NCBI GenBank assembly: GCA_015099395.1
Contig: AP024096.1
Coordinates: forward strand, 5,721,485-5,745,484
Length of the DNA stretch: 24,000 nucleotides
Direction of reading: 5' to 3'
Source: Ktedonobacteria bacterium brp13
Lineage (GTDB): Bacteria > Chloroflexota > Ktedonobacteria > Ktedonobacterales > Ktedonobacteraceae
Below the pieces are notes generated by a model, which was given only the letters and a program-made list of their open reading frames with translations, did no database searches and was not told where the DNA came from. Of the stretch, positions 1 to 9,110 are shown piece after piece. The first letter of the stretch is position 1; every line of letters starts with the position of its first letter. Position numbers and translations under genes: made by a program.

Positions 1-1
1 C

Positions 2-1087
2 CCGATCGGTATTATCGGTGTCATCATGGGTATGATCTTCCTGCGTGAGAGTGTGCCGCATCGTGTAAAGTTCGACTTTGTTGGCTTCATCTTTGCAGGC
101 TCTGGTCTTGCTCTTACACTGTATGGCCTCTCCTCCGCTGCCTCTGATGGCTGGGGTTCCGCTACGGTTGTCGGCTGTATCAGCGTTGGATTGGTTCTGC
201 TGGCGATCTTTATCGCACTGACATTGATCAAGGCCAAAACGGGTGCGGCGGTTCTGCTGGATCTGCGGGTCTTCGGTGATGCAAGCTTTACGATGAGCAT
301 TATTGCCAGTGCGCTGGTGACCTTTGCTCTGTATGGCGGACTCTTTGTCATTCCGATCTATCTGCAGACATTACGTGGCCTCTCTGCATATCAGTCTGGT
401 CTGGATCTCTTACCGCAGGCCCTTTTCTCGATGCTTGCGGTCTTGATTGGTGGTCGCCTGGTTGATAAGATTGGTGTCCGTGCAGTGGTTATTCCAGGTC
501 TGATCCTCCTGATTATTGCGCTGTATATGTTGACATCGCTCAACCTGTACGAGCCGGTCTCTACTGTGCAGTTTGCGCTTTGCCTGCGTGGTTTTGCCGT
601 GGGTCTCAGCTTCCAGCCACTCTCTGTATCGATGCTCGCAAATATCAAACCACGGATGCTTTCGCAGGCGTCCGCAGTCAATACCACGGTGCGTTTCGTT
701 ATCAGTTCACTGGCTGTCTCGATCATCTCAACCTATACAACTTCTCAGAGTCAACTGCACTTCGCCAATCTGGCGATGCTGGCTACGCCAGACTCTTCTA
801 TGGGTCATCTGATGACTATTATCCAGCAAGGGTTGCTTGCCAGTGGATACTCAGCACAGAGTGCGTTGGCGACAGCGGGCTCCTATGTCAGTGGTATGTT
901 GCAGGCGCAGGCGTATGTCCAGGCGATGGGCGACACCTTCTGGGTAACACTCATACTGGTTATCGTTGCCATTGTCGCTACAGCCTGTATCGGTGGCTTT
1001 AAAAAGAAAAATGGACAGGATCAACCGGCCGTTGAGCTAACCGATGAAGAAAAGAAAGCTATTGAAGAAGCAAAGATAGCTGTCTAA
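2..1087 (+). CDS. MFS drug-efflux transporter, DHA2/EmrB-QacA type (5'-truncated by window start)
   Basis: Frame is open from base 2 (PIGIIGVIMGMIFLRES...). Multiple TM segments; strongly parallel to the C-terminal part of the 3759-5378 transporter (e.g. GGRLVDKIGVRAVVIPGL). Confidence 0.9.
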   Translation, partial: PIGIIGVIMGMIFLRESVPHRVKFDFVGFIFAGSGLALTLYGLSSAASDGWGSATVVGCISVGLVLLAIFIALTLIKAKTGAAVLLDLRVFGDASFTMSIIASALVTFALYGGLFVIPIYLQTLRGLSAYQSGLDLLPQALFSMLAVLIGGRLVDKIGVRAVVIPGLILLIIALYMLTSLNLYEPVSTVQFALCLRGFAVGLSFQPLSVSMLANIKPRMLSQASAVNTTVRFVISSLAVSIISTYTTSQSQLHFANLAMLATPDSSMGHLMTIIQQGLLASGYSAQSALATAGSYVSGMLQAQAYVQAMGDTFWVTLILVIVAIVATACIGGFKKKNGQDQPAVELTDEEKKAIEEAKIAV

Positions 1088-1175
1088 AAAGCTCTGCTTA
1101 TTCATACACATTGATTATTCAGCAACAAGGAATGATGTATTCCAAAGGCATTATTTTAAGAAGGAGACTCAAGCG

Positions 1176-1832
1176 ATGCGTCGTAGTAGTGTGATCTTAG
1201 TTCCGGTTCTCATTTTCGTTGCCATCCTGGCAATTGTTATTGGTGGTGGTCTGTATTTCTACAATGGCTACCTGTATTATTCGACAGATGATGCTCAAGT
1301 CGCTGGCAAGATGCTGAGTATTAGCAGCACTGCCAATGGTCAGTTGACGACTATTGTGAATGTCGGCGATAAGGTGGCTGCTGGCCAGACCGTGGCTACG
1401 GTGGCTGGCGTCTCAGCCACAGGTCACAAGACCCTGAGTGATATTACCTCTTCAATCAGCGGCACCGTTGTGCAATCCAGTGCCATTCAGGGCCAGGTCG
1501 TTGCTGCTGGTACTCCTCTGGCGCAGATCGCCAATATGGACAATCCTACCGTTACCGCGTATATTGATGAGAGTCAATTGAATAACGTGAAGGTCGGTCA
1601 GCAGGTTGATGTCAATGTTGATGCCTTCCCAGGTACTACCTACAACGGTCATGTGCAGCAGATCGTCCAGGCGACCGCCGGAACTTTCTCGCTGATCCCG
1701 TCGACCGACAATACCAGCGGTAACTTCACGAAGGTTTCACAGCGCGTGCCAGTGATCATCACTCTGGATGGTACTAGTACTAACGATCTTGTCCCTGGCT
1801 TGAGTGCAACGGCAAAAATTCACCTGCACTAA
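1176..1832 (+). CDS. HlyD/EmrA-like membrane fusion protein (efflux adaptor)
   Basis: N-terminal TM, YYSTDDAQVAG motif, lipoyl/barrel-like segments, downstream of the MFS gene; paralog at 5447-6124. Confidence 0.88.
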   Translation: MRRSSVILVPVLIFVAILAIVIGGGLYFYNGYLYYSTDDAQVAGKMLSISSTANGQLTTIVNVGDKVAAGQTVATVAGVSATGHKTLSDITSSISGTVVQSSAIQGQVVAAGTPLAQIANMDNPTVTAYIDESQLNNVKVGQQVDVNVDAFPGTTYNGHVQQIVQATAGTFSLIPSTDNTSGNFTKVSQRVPVIITLDGTSTNDLVPGLSATAKIHLH

Positions 1833-1910
1833 GATCTTGTATGGTATTGAGCTCCAGGCAAGCAAGCTGAAGAATTGCTTGCCTGTGTGTATGGTTTTAA
1901 GGAGAACAGT

Positions 1911-2570
1911 ATGAACAGTACGTTCATTACTATTATATGTGCCGTGGTCGCGGTCGTAGCTCTGTTACTGGCTTTCTTGCTGGCTCGCGGCGGTGGCGCA
2001 AGTGCAAGCAGCGCGAGCAGCGCAAGTGTAGAGCCAAAGGCCAATGTTGAAGCGGCCTCCACACAGCCTGTAGAGTCTGCACAATCTGCTGAGCCTGCAC
2101 CAGTAGAGCAGCAGCCAGATTTCCAGCATTCACGGCCACTGGCTGATTTCCAGCGTTCGCAGCCTCTGCAGCCGCAGGTCACGCGCCAGTTTGTGCAGGA
2201 TCACGTTGAGGCTCCTGAGTATGTCGCCAAACAGACGGTGCCCGTCGCTGACTTTAACGAGGCTCCAACGACCGTGAACAATCACGTTCAGCCGGAGGTG
2301 TCACATCTCTCACACCTCACCCATGCGCCCTCGCTGTCGCTGCTTCACGAGAACAATAGCAACGAGATTACAGCGGTGAGTCGCCATCTCTATGAGATCG
2401 CCGGTCAGGTGCATATCTTACAGCGTCAGTCGCAGGAGATCGAGCAGAGTCTGGCCCAGTTGAGCGGCGTTATCGAGCGCTTGCAGCAGCAGCAGCACAC
2501 GCAACCCCCGCGTGAGTCTATCGGCTCTCTGTATACGAACGCCAGACCATATGGCGAGAGCAATTTCTAA
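1911..2570 (+). CDS. Small membrane-anchored protein with C-terminal coiled-coil, third gene of efflux module
   Basis: ATG at 1911 preceded by AAGGAG; N-terminal TM (FITIICAVVAVVALLLAFLLARGGG), low-complexity linker, C-terminal LYEIAGQVHILQRQSQEIEQSLAQLSGVIE, matched in 6253-6726. The ORF track starts earlier at 1875. Confidence 0.7.
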   Translation: MNSTFITIICAVVAVVALLLAFLLARGGGASASSASSASVEPKANVEAASTQPVESAQSAEPAPVEQQPDFQHSRPLADFQRSQPLQPQVTRQFVQDHVEAPEYVAKQTVPVADFNEAPTTVNNHVQPEVSHLSHLTHAPSLSLLHENNSNEITAVSRHLYEIAGQVHILQRQSQEIEQSLAQLSGVIERLQQQQHTQPPRESIGSLYTNARPYGESNF

Positions 2571-2606
2571 TATGTTCTGGTACATTTAGTGGTTTAATAC
2601 GCATGG

Positions 2607-2637
2607 AAGGAGCGACACGTGATCGCTCCTTCTTTTT
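2607..2637 (+). terminator. Rho-independent terminator after the first efflux module
   Basis: Perfect stem AAGGAGCGA / TCGCTCCTT with 7-nt loop followed by CTTTTT. Confidence 0.85.
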
Positions 2638-2861
2638 GTATCCTCTAATATTCTTACCTATGTGAGTGCCTACTATAGCAAATACAGCGTTGTATGCGCA
2701 TCTATTGATCCTCCTATCTTTCTATCCTCCTATACTTGACTTTACTATGACCTTCTGGTAATATCGTGACTGTAGAGTCATGAATTCATTCTAAAAGTCA
2801 AAATTAACTTTTTTTAGTCAATTACTAACTGGCTGGTCACTAGCCTTTCTGGAGTATACCT

Positions 2862-3512
2862 GTGCCTGAGAAGGCTTATTCGCGCTCGTTAAAAGAGAGA
2901 CAGAAGCGGCAGCGTGAAGAACTGATCCTGCAGTGTGCCGAGGCGGTCTTGCTGGAGAAGGGCTATCATGATATGTCGATGGATGAGATCGCTGCGCGTG
3001 TTGGTATCGCGAAGGGGACGGTCTATCTGCATTTCGCGAAGAAGGAAGATCTTGTCCACGCGTTACTGGATCGTGAGATGCTGTCTGTGCTACAAATGAT
3101 CGAAACCGCTAAAGCTATGGATGGAACGGTGCGTGCCAGGCTGGAGACGATTCTGCGCTCGCTGTATCCGGGCCTGTCGGAGAAGCGGGATCATCTGTTG
3201 TATCTGCTCTTTAGTGAGAGTGATATTCGTACGGCGATGCACGAGAAGCACAGTGCGGTGATGTATGAGATGTCGATGCAAGTGACGCAACTGTTGGAAG
3301 AGGGCAAGGCACGCGGCGAGTTTCGAGCGGAGATCCCTACGCGGGTTATGCTGCTGACGTTCTTTAGCCTGCTCTCTGCGCGCTCATACAAACGTACATT
3401 GAAGGATTGGGATATCGAACCAGAAGTGGTAATAGACAATATTGCAGGCATCTACTTTCGGGGGATCGCCGCTGATAGACCCGAACGTCATGATGAAGAT
3501 GAAGCTCGCTGA
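2862..3512 (+). CDS. TetR/AcrR-family transcriptional regulator
   Basis: GTG start; N-terminal HTH (ILQCAEAVLLEKGYHDMSMDEIAARVGIAKGTVYLHFAKKEDL) typical of TetR; lies between two efflux modules. Confidence 0.93.
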   Translation: MPEKAYSRSLKERQKRQREELILQCAEAVLLEKGYHDMSMDEIAARVGIAKGTVYLHFAKKEDLVHALLDREMLSVLQMIETAKAMDGTVRARLETILRSLYPGLSEKRDHLLYLLFSESDIRTAMHEKHSAVMYEMSMQVTQLLEEGKARGEFRAEIPTRVMLLTFFSLLSARSYKRTLKDWDIEPEVVIDNIAGIYFRGIAADRPERHDEDEAR

Positions 3513-3758
3513 AATGGAGAGAGAAGAGATCGGATAATGTTCTCTGCTCCCGCGTAGAGGAAAAGTAGTCGAGGAGGAAGGGATGTGGCGGAATGATTCA
3601 TGTATCCACATATACAAGAATAATACTGCTCCTCACGTGTGATTGCGAGCTGTTTTTTTTGTGCTCTATCCTGTGTGCATACCAGGTAGTTTGCTCAAGA
3701 GTGATGATTACAGGTGTGCTCACGCTGTTGAACCGCTATGTAAGGAGTTTTCTCGACC

Positions 3759-5378
3759 ATGCAAGCAACTGTACCTGTCGCGCGTAGCGAGAGGGGGGTA
3801 GCATATAAATGGATCGTGGCGATGGTGGTCATCTTTGGGATCTTTATGAGCATCCTCGATAGCACGATCGTAAATATCGCTATTCCTCGTCTACAGACTG
3901 CGTTTGGCTCAAGTTTGAATGATGTGCAGTGGGTCTTGACCGGGTATACGCTGGCGCAAGGTGTCGCGACCCCGCTGACGGCGTTTATATCGGATCGTAT
4001 AGGAACGAAACGTTTCTATATGTTATCGCTGATCGGTTTTATTGTGGGGTCGGCCTGCTGTGGTTTCGCCTGGAGTTTGCCAATACTGATTGTGTTTCGT
4101 GTGTTCCAGGGTGCGAGCGGTGCGTTTTTGACACCGTTGGCGATGACTCTCCTCTATCGTGAATTTCCCCCCAGCGAGCGTGGTACGGCGATGGGTGCGC
4201 TGGGTATCCCGATCTTGCTCGCACCTGCCCTGGGTCCGACGCTTGGTGGCTATATTGTGACTTTCGCTGGTTGGCAGCTCATCTTCTTTATTAATCTGCC
4301 AATCGGTATTGTTGGTCTCTTGATGGCGTTCTTCTTCCTGCATGAGAGTCCGATCAACCCGCGGATCGATTTTGATCTGCTTGGTTTTATCACGGCTGCC
4401 CTGGGCCTGGGACTCCTGCTCTATGGTCTCTCGGATGCCAGTACTGATGGCTGGTCCTCTGGTATTGTACTGGGCTGTCTGATCGGCGGTGGCCTGCTGC
4501 TGGTGATGTTTATCCTGGTGGAACTAGGACGGATCAGGCGCGAGGAACAACCATTGCTCGATATTCGGGTCTTCAGTAGCCGTCCATTCTCGTCGAGTAT
4601 GATCGCCAGTACACTGGTCATCTTCGCGCTCTATGGAGGCCTCTTTCTGGTGCCTGTCTATCTCCAATCGTTGCGTGGCTATAGCGCATTTCAGGCTGGA
4701 CTCGTCCTCTTACCACAGGCGTTCGCTTCTATGCTTGCGGTCCTGATCGGCGGTCGCCTGGTTGATAAGATAGGCGTACGAGCCGTCGTCATTCCTGGTC
4801 TTGTGATTACAGCCATATCGCTATGGCGTCTGACCTTCCTTAACCTTTACATTCCAACATCGTCGTTCCAGCTTATTCTGATCCTGCGTGGCTTTGGTAT
4901 CGGTCTGTGTTTGCAGCCACTGATGGTCTCGGCAGTTGCTGAGATGCCCATACGGCGTATGGCCCAGGCTTCGGCTGTCAGCACAACCATTCGTTTCGTT
5001 GGTAGCTCGCTTGCTGTGGCGATTATCGCGACGCTCGTACAGAGCCAGACCAAGCTTCATTATGCCCATCTCGCTGAGCGTGTAACTCCAAACTCCAGCC
5101 AGGGTCAGCTGGTGAATTTATTACAGGCGCTCTTCATCTCGCATGGCTTTCCCGTTGCCTATGCGCAGGCCTATGCTGTCAAGACGATTGGTGGATTGCT
5201 CGAACGGCAGTCCTACATGCTCGCGATGCAAGACGCCTTCTGGATAACGCTTGTGCTCGCCATTCTCGCAATCGTCGCATCATTTTTCGTTGGCTCCCGT
5301 CGTAGCAAAGCATCAGCGGTCGTAACGCTTTCTGAAGAAGAGATCGCTGCACGTCGCGAAGCCTTGATCGCTGGCTAG
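3759..5378 (+). CDS. MFS drug-efflux transporter, DHA2/EmrB-QacA type (full length, ~14 TM)
   Basis: 539 aa; FGIFMSILDSTIVNIAIPRLQ, GYTLAQGVATPLTAFISDRIGTKR and repeated hydrophobic segments. Confidence 0.95.
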   Translation: MQATVPVARSERGVAYKWIVAMVVIFGIFMSILDSTIVNIAIPRLQTAFGSSLNDVQWVLTGYTLAQGVATPLTAFISDRIGTKRFYMLSLIGFIVGSACCGFAWSLPILIVFRVFQGASGAFLTPLAMTLLYREFPPSERGTAMGALGIPILLAPALGPTLGGYIVTFAGWQLIFFINLPIGIVGLLMAFFFLHESPINPRIDFDLLGFITAALGLGLLLYGLSDASTDGWSSGIVLGCLIGGGLLLVMFILVELGRIRREEQPLLDIRVFSSRPFSSSMIASTLVIFALYGGLFLVPVYLQSLRGYSAFQAGLVLLPQAFASMLAVLIGGRLVDKIGVRAVVIPGLVITAISLWRLTFLNLYIPTSSFQLILILRGFGIGLCLQPLMVSAVAEMPIRRMAQASAVSTTIRFVGSSLAVAIIATLVQSQTKLHYAHLAERVTPNSSQGQLVNLLQALFISHGFPVAYAQAYAVKTIGGLLERQSYMLAMQDAFWITLVLAILAIVASFFVGSRRSKASAVVTLSEEEIAARREALIAG

Positions 5379-5446
5379 CTCATACTGAACATTGCAATAG
5401 AACATATTACAGAAATGTACGATAGAAGAAGAAGGAGATACGTGCT

Positions 5447-6124
5447 ATGCGCCGTACTGTTCTTGTGACTACGCTGATCTTCATTGCCATTCTGGCAGTG
5501 TTGGGTGGTGGTGCCTGGTTTTTTTTCCAGAACTACCAATATTACAGTACCGATGATGCCCAGGTGACAGGTCCGATGCTGACCGTGAGCAGTCCTGCCG
5601 CCGGTCAACTCAACACACTCTCAGTCAAGCTGGGTGATAAAGTGACCTCCGGCCAGATTCTTGGGACCGTGACGGCTCCTCCGGTAGCAGGAGCAACTGG
5701 CGCTACCAGTAAGGCCACGGCCACGGTTGTGAATATCACCAGTCCGATAGCGGGGACAATCGTGCAGGTTCCAGCTGTGCAGGGGCAGATGGTTGCGCCT
5801 GGCGTGGGTCTGGTCGAGGTTGCCGATCTGAGTAACCTTACCGTGACGGCCTATGTTGATGAGGGAGCGCTCAGAAATGTGAAGGTAGACCAGAGTGTGG
5901 ATGTTACGGTTGATGCCTATAGTGGGACAACCTATAGCGGACATGTGCAGCAGATCGTGCAGGCGACGGCTGGTTCATTCTCGCTGCTGCCCACCTCAGA
6001 TCCGACCAGCGGCAACTTCACCAAGGTCTCACAACGCGTACCGGTGATCATTTCACTGGATGGCATCGGTAGCAACGATCTCGTCCCTGGACTGAGCGCC
6101 GAAGTGACGATCCATCTGCATTAA
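5447..6124 (+). CDS. HlyD/EmrA-like membrane fusion protein
   Basis: Paralog of 1176-1832 (YYSTDDAQVTGPMLTVSSPAAGQL..., VPVIISLDGIGSNDLVPGLSAEVTIHLH). Confidence 0.9.
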   Translation: MRRTVLVTTLIFIAILAVLGGGAWFFFQNYQYYSTDDAQVTGPMLTVSSPAAGQLNTLSVKLGDKVTSGQILGTVTAPPVAGATGATSKATATVVNITSPIAGTIVQVPAVQGQMVAPGVGLVEVADLSNLTVTAYVDEGALRNVKVDQSVDVTVDAYSGTTYSGHVQQIVQATAGSFSLLPTSDPTSGNFTKVSQRVPVIISLDGIGSNDLVPGLSAEVTIHLH

Positions 6125-6252
6125 GGATCGTATTCCGCACGTGGAATAGTGGAACAGGAAAAGATCAGAGGAGCGATATCTGCAGACCTGAATAATCTCA
6201 TCGCCCCTCTGAACGCTAACGAACGATAACGATAGAGACGAAAGGAAGAACC

Positions 6253-6726
6253 ATGCTTATTCCAGTAGGATTGATTGCTGTCGCTGTTGTTGCCCTGCTG
6301 GCTGCGTTTTTCCTGTCACGTGGTGGCGGTGACGGGGAGAGAGCCGGGGAGAGAGCCGCGGATATCATGCCAGAGAACCAGACTATAGCGACCCCAACTA
6401 CAGCAATCCCAACGCGTCCAACGAACTCAACGCGTCCACTGGAGACCATGACCGAAGAGGTTCCTGCAATCCAGACAACCCCGGCGACTGATCCAGCGAC
6501 CGAGGATAACGATGACAGCGCAACGGATACCACGATCACGACCCTTAACCGGGAGCTCTACGAGATGGCCGACCAGCTTAGCACTCTACAACGTCACTCG
6601 CGCGATATGGAACAGCGTCTCACCCATCTCAGCGGTATCATTGAACACCTCGCAACACCGATCCTGCCGTATCCTCGCCAGCCCGAACCGAGTGTCGAAG
6701 ATTATGAGTTAGCCCACGACGAATAA
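6253..6726 (+). CDS. Small membrane-anchored coiled-coil protein, paralog of 1911-2570
   Basis: N-terminal TM (VGLIAVAVVALLAAFFLSRGGG), C-terminal LYEMADQLSTLQRHSRDMEQRLTHLSGIIEHL; AAAGGAAGAACC precedes ATG. Confidence 0.72.
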   Translation: MLIPVGLIAVAVVALLAAFFLSRGGGDGERAGERAADIMPENQTIATPTTAIPTRPTNSTRPLETMTEEVPAIQTTPATDPATEDNDDSATDTTITTLNRELYEMADQLSTLQRHSRDMEQRLTHLSGIIEHLATPILPYPRQPEPSVEDYELAHDE

Positions 6727-6991
6727 GCTGTATAGAAGAGAAGAGATAGGAGGAGCACACAAGGTGCTCCCCCATCCTTCCGCATTCTCTATATTTTCGC
6801 CATTATCCTATCCCCTCCACAGAAGTGAACCCCTTTGCATTCATGAATTAGTCGCAGGTATTAGCGCAAAATAGTTGATAAAACGGAGAAAAGATAAGAT
6901 CATCTACATAATTTGGCGTGTGTAATGTACAATGTTGTAGTACAATAAGAGGAAGCGCGAAACATATTGTAGCCATACGTAGTGTGACGCA

Positions 6992-7014
6992 TTGTGACAC
7001 CGGTATTGTCACAA
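6992..7014. promoter_or_regulatory. Perfect inverted repeat, operator-like
   Basis: TTGTGACA-CCGGTAT-TGTCACAA in a long intergenic region. Confidence 0.4.
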
Positions 7015-7532
7015 AACGGGAACGTAGACAACTGTACGCTGTTAGTAGCAGGTAATATGCTACTACTACCATTTCTACTGGTGCATTTGCAGAAATCAAT
7101 GCCGAAGAGTGCGATGGGCAGATGAGCAGATGAGTAAGACCAGGAGCGGGGGAGACGACGGCTACAGGCAGATTGCAGGCGCACTGGAGTAAATGAGAAA
7201 CGCTCTTTCGGGAGCCGAGTAACATATCCGGTTGGCCGGCTACCAGCGTCAATATATATTGTACAATTTGAGTATGTTGGCGAGAGCTGGTATCCGCGCT
7301 GTGAGAGATGATAGACTTTGTCGCGTATACCTTTATAGGGGGCAGAGTAGAATGCATTCTTGCACTCTTCTTAGCTACAATCTTATTCCAAACACCGCTA
7401 TAATTGACGTCACTAGTGTTAGATAGTGTTAGATACGTAGGTGTGCGGACAGGGAGGGTAAGTAGTGCAGAAGAGTACCGGAGATGTTGCGCGTATAGAT
7501 AGTAATAGTAACATGTAAGGAGCGGGGCTGTA

Positions 7533-7763
7533 GTGAAAACGACCGAACAAGAACCAACGACAGATATTGATCAGCAGCTCGTGCGAGAGCTGAAAGACGG
7601 CGACATACATCCGACGACCGCCAGAATCATCGAACTCATTGGTAAAAATTCTCGTATGACGGATGAAGAGATTGCGCAAGAACTGGACCTCAAGAATGCC
7701 CAGATCGCCCATGGCTGGCGTGTGGTAGCTGAAGAGACACTCAACGAGCGCAAGTGGAAGTAG
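7533..7763 (+). CDS. Small hypothetical HTH-like protein (76 aa)
   Basis: GTG start after AAGGAG; RMTDEEIAQELDLKNAQIAHGWRVV resembles an HTH; followed by a hairpin. Confidence 0.6.
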   Translation: MKTTEQEPTTDIDQQLVRELKDGDIHPTTARIIELIGKNSRMTDEEIAQELDLKNAQIAHGWRVVAEETLNERKWK

Positions 7764-7792
7764 TGAATCCAACATAGTATAGATATAAAGAA

Positions 7793-7840
7793 CAGAGAGA
7801 GTTGCCCTTTCTTGCCAGAAGGGGTAGCTCTCTCTCTCTG
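7793..7840 (+). terminator. Hairpin downstream of the small HTH-like ORF, possible terminator
   Basis: CAGAGAGAG..TTGCCC pairs imperfectly with GGGGTAG.CTCTCTCTCTG; no clear T-tract. Confidence 0.4.
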
Positions 7841-7958
7841 TCTGCCTGCCTGTCTGCCAGGTGGTTAGCCGCCACAGGGTCCAGGATAGGATTTCTACTT
7901 GACACCACCATAGAAGTCTGCTATCTTTGTATCGGTTGCAGGTCGTAAGACTGCCTCT

Positions 7959-8031
7959 GGGGCTGTAGCTCAGTGGATAGAGCGTCGGTTTCCTAAACCG
8001 TGCGTCGGCGGTTCGAGTCCGCCCAGTCCCA
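7959..8031 (+). tRNA. tRNA-Arg(CCT)
   Basis: Cloverleaf read by eye: acceptor GGGGCTG/CAGTCCC, D-stem GCTC/GAGC, anticodon loop TTCCTAA (anticodon CCT), T-arm GGCGG-TTCGAGT-CCGCC, discriminator A. Confidence 0.93.
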
Positions 8032-8039
8032 TTTCTCCC
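7989..8039. repeat. Left attachment-site repeat (51 bp), overlapping 3' part of tRNA-Arg
   Basis: TTTCCTAAACCGTGCGTCGGCGGTTCGAGTCCGCCCAGTCCCATTTCTCCC is identical to 22178-22228. Confidence 0.95.
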
Positions 8040-8332
8040 TCCCACCGCTCCCCAACTGGCTTCGCAAGGAAACCGACACAGAAGAAACACCATTATTTTT
8101 TAGCTTGTTCTTCCCTCGGACGGTACAAACTTTACTTCGGAGAGCTAGAAAACCGTACTTCGGATATCTATTTGTCTCTCCCTCGGAACAAAGAGTACCA
8201 TACTCTGATTCATTTATGCAAGAGGTCACTAAAAACGATAGAAATGACTGGACTGTATCTGATGAAAAACTAGAACTTCTGCATATTCCTAAACACTCTT
8301 CGGTGACTTTTTTTCTTTACCCCAACACACCA

Positions 8333-8474
8333 GCGAGTTTATTTTCTTTTTGGGTGAGTTTCCAGGGACTTTTTATTTTCTCAGGCGAGTTTTGGGAAAT
8401 TTTTTATTCGGCAGGGTGAGTTTGATTTATTTGGTGTGAGTTCCAGGGTGAGTTTTTTATTTGGCTGGTGAGTT
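8333..8474. repeat. Clustered short GTGAGTTT/GCGAGTTT motif repeats
   Basis: G(Y)GAGTT(T) at about 8333, 8354, 8385, 8415, 8434, 8447 and 8467, in a T-rich background. Confidence 0.65.
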
Positions 8475-8573
8475 TTTTTTATTCCCCTGTTCTGTTGAGT
8501 AAGATTTAGGTGATAGCCAAGAGGTTATCAGCGAATTCGGGGTTGCTTCGGTGCGGCGATTCGTGTTCAAGGG

Positions 8574-8617
8574 AGGCGGGTAGTTGCCTCTCAAAAATAA
8601 CCCTCAATTCTGAAAAC
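8574..8617. repeat. Dispersed ~44-bp repeat, copy 1
   Basis: AGGCGGGTAGTTGCCTCTCAAAAATAACCCTCAATTCTGAAAAC resembles 10973-11016 and partly 9554-9585. Confidence 0.6.
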
Positions 8618-8672
8618 ATATCCCCACACAAAAAACACCCTTGAGCTTTATTTCTCTTGGGTGTCTTCTACC

Positions 8673-9074
8673 AATCAGTATCCTCTGCGGATCGTGGCCT
8701 CTGCAACCAAATTTATTGACATGATCAACTCATCAGGTTCGACTTTCAGTATCCTCAAGCGGATCGTGGCCTCTGTAACAATGGGCGTATTTCTGAAGTG
8801 GGCTATTACCACAGAGTTTCAGTATCCTCAAACGGATCGTTTCCTCTGCAACTACCAAGAGATGATTCTTTCTCAGAAGGCGGCGATTGTGTTTCAGTAT
8901 CCTCAAGCGGATCGTAGCCTCTGCAACCAGCAGACTTCGAGGCTGTCATTAAAACCATCAATGATCTTTCAGTATCCTCCAACGGATCGAAGCCTCTGCA
9001 ACTCAGTCTTGATCGACCCGGTTACTAGTGAGCCAGCCTTCCAGTATCCTCAAGCGGATCGAGGCCTCTGTAAC
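8673..9074. CRISPR. Short CRISPR-like array, repeat family A (6 repeats, 5 spacers)
   Basis: Consensus TTTCAGTATCCTCAAGCGGATCGTGGCCTCTGCAAC (36 nt; copies at 8673, 8744, 8817, 8892, 8967, 9039) with unique 36-39-nt spacers. Confidence 0.82.
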
Positions 9075-9110
9075 AAACTGAAAATCGAGTGCGGCGATAT
9101 GCTAGAGACA

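Noticed and set aside
391-726. Minus-strand ORFs inside the transporter, adaptor and TetR genes (391-726, 1452-1652, 3090-3451, 4023-4343, 4421-5069, 5621-5944)
   Set aside because: Antisense shadows of strongly supported coding sequences.
6848-7357. Minus-strand ORFs 6848-7357 and 6900-7184
   Set aside because: Overlapping frames in a region with palindromic operator-like sequence; no domain or RBS support.
7419-8093. 224-aa minus-strand ORF
   Set aside because: Antisense to the better-supported 7533-7763 gene and to the tRNA; composition looks non-coding.
7993-8419. ORFs 7993-8229 (-) and 8000-8419 (+)
   Set aside because: Both overlap the tRNA-Arg gene and att site with no RBS or recognisable domain.
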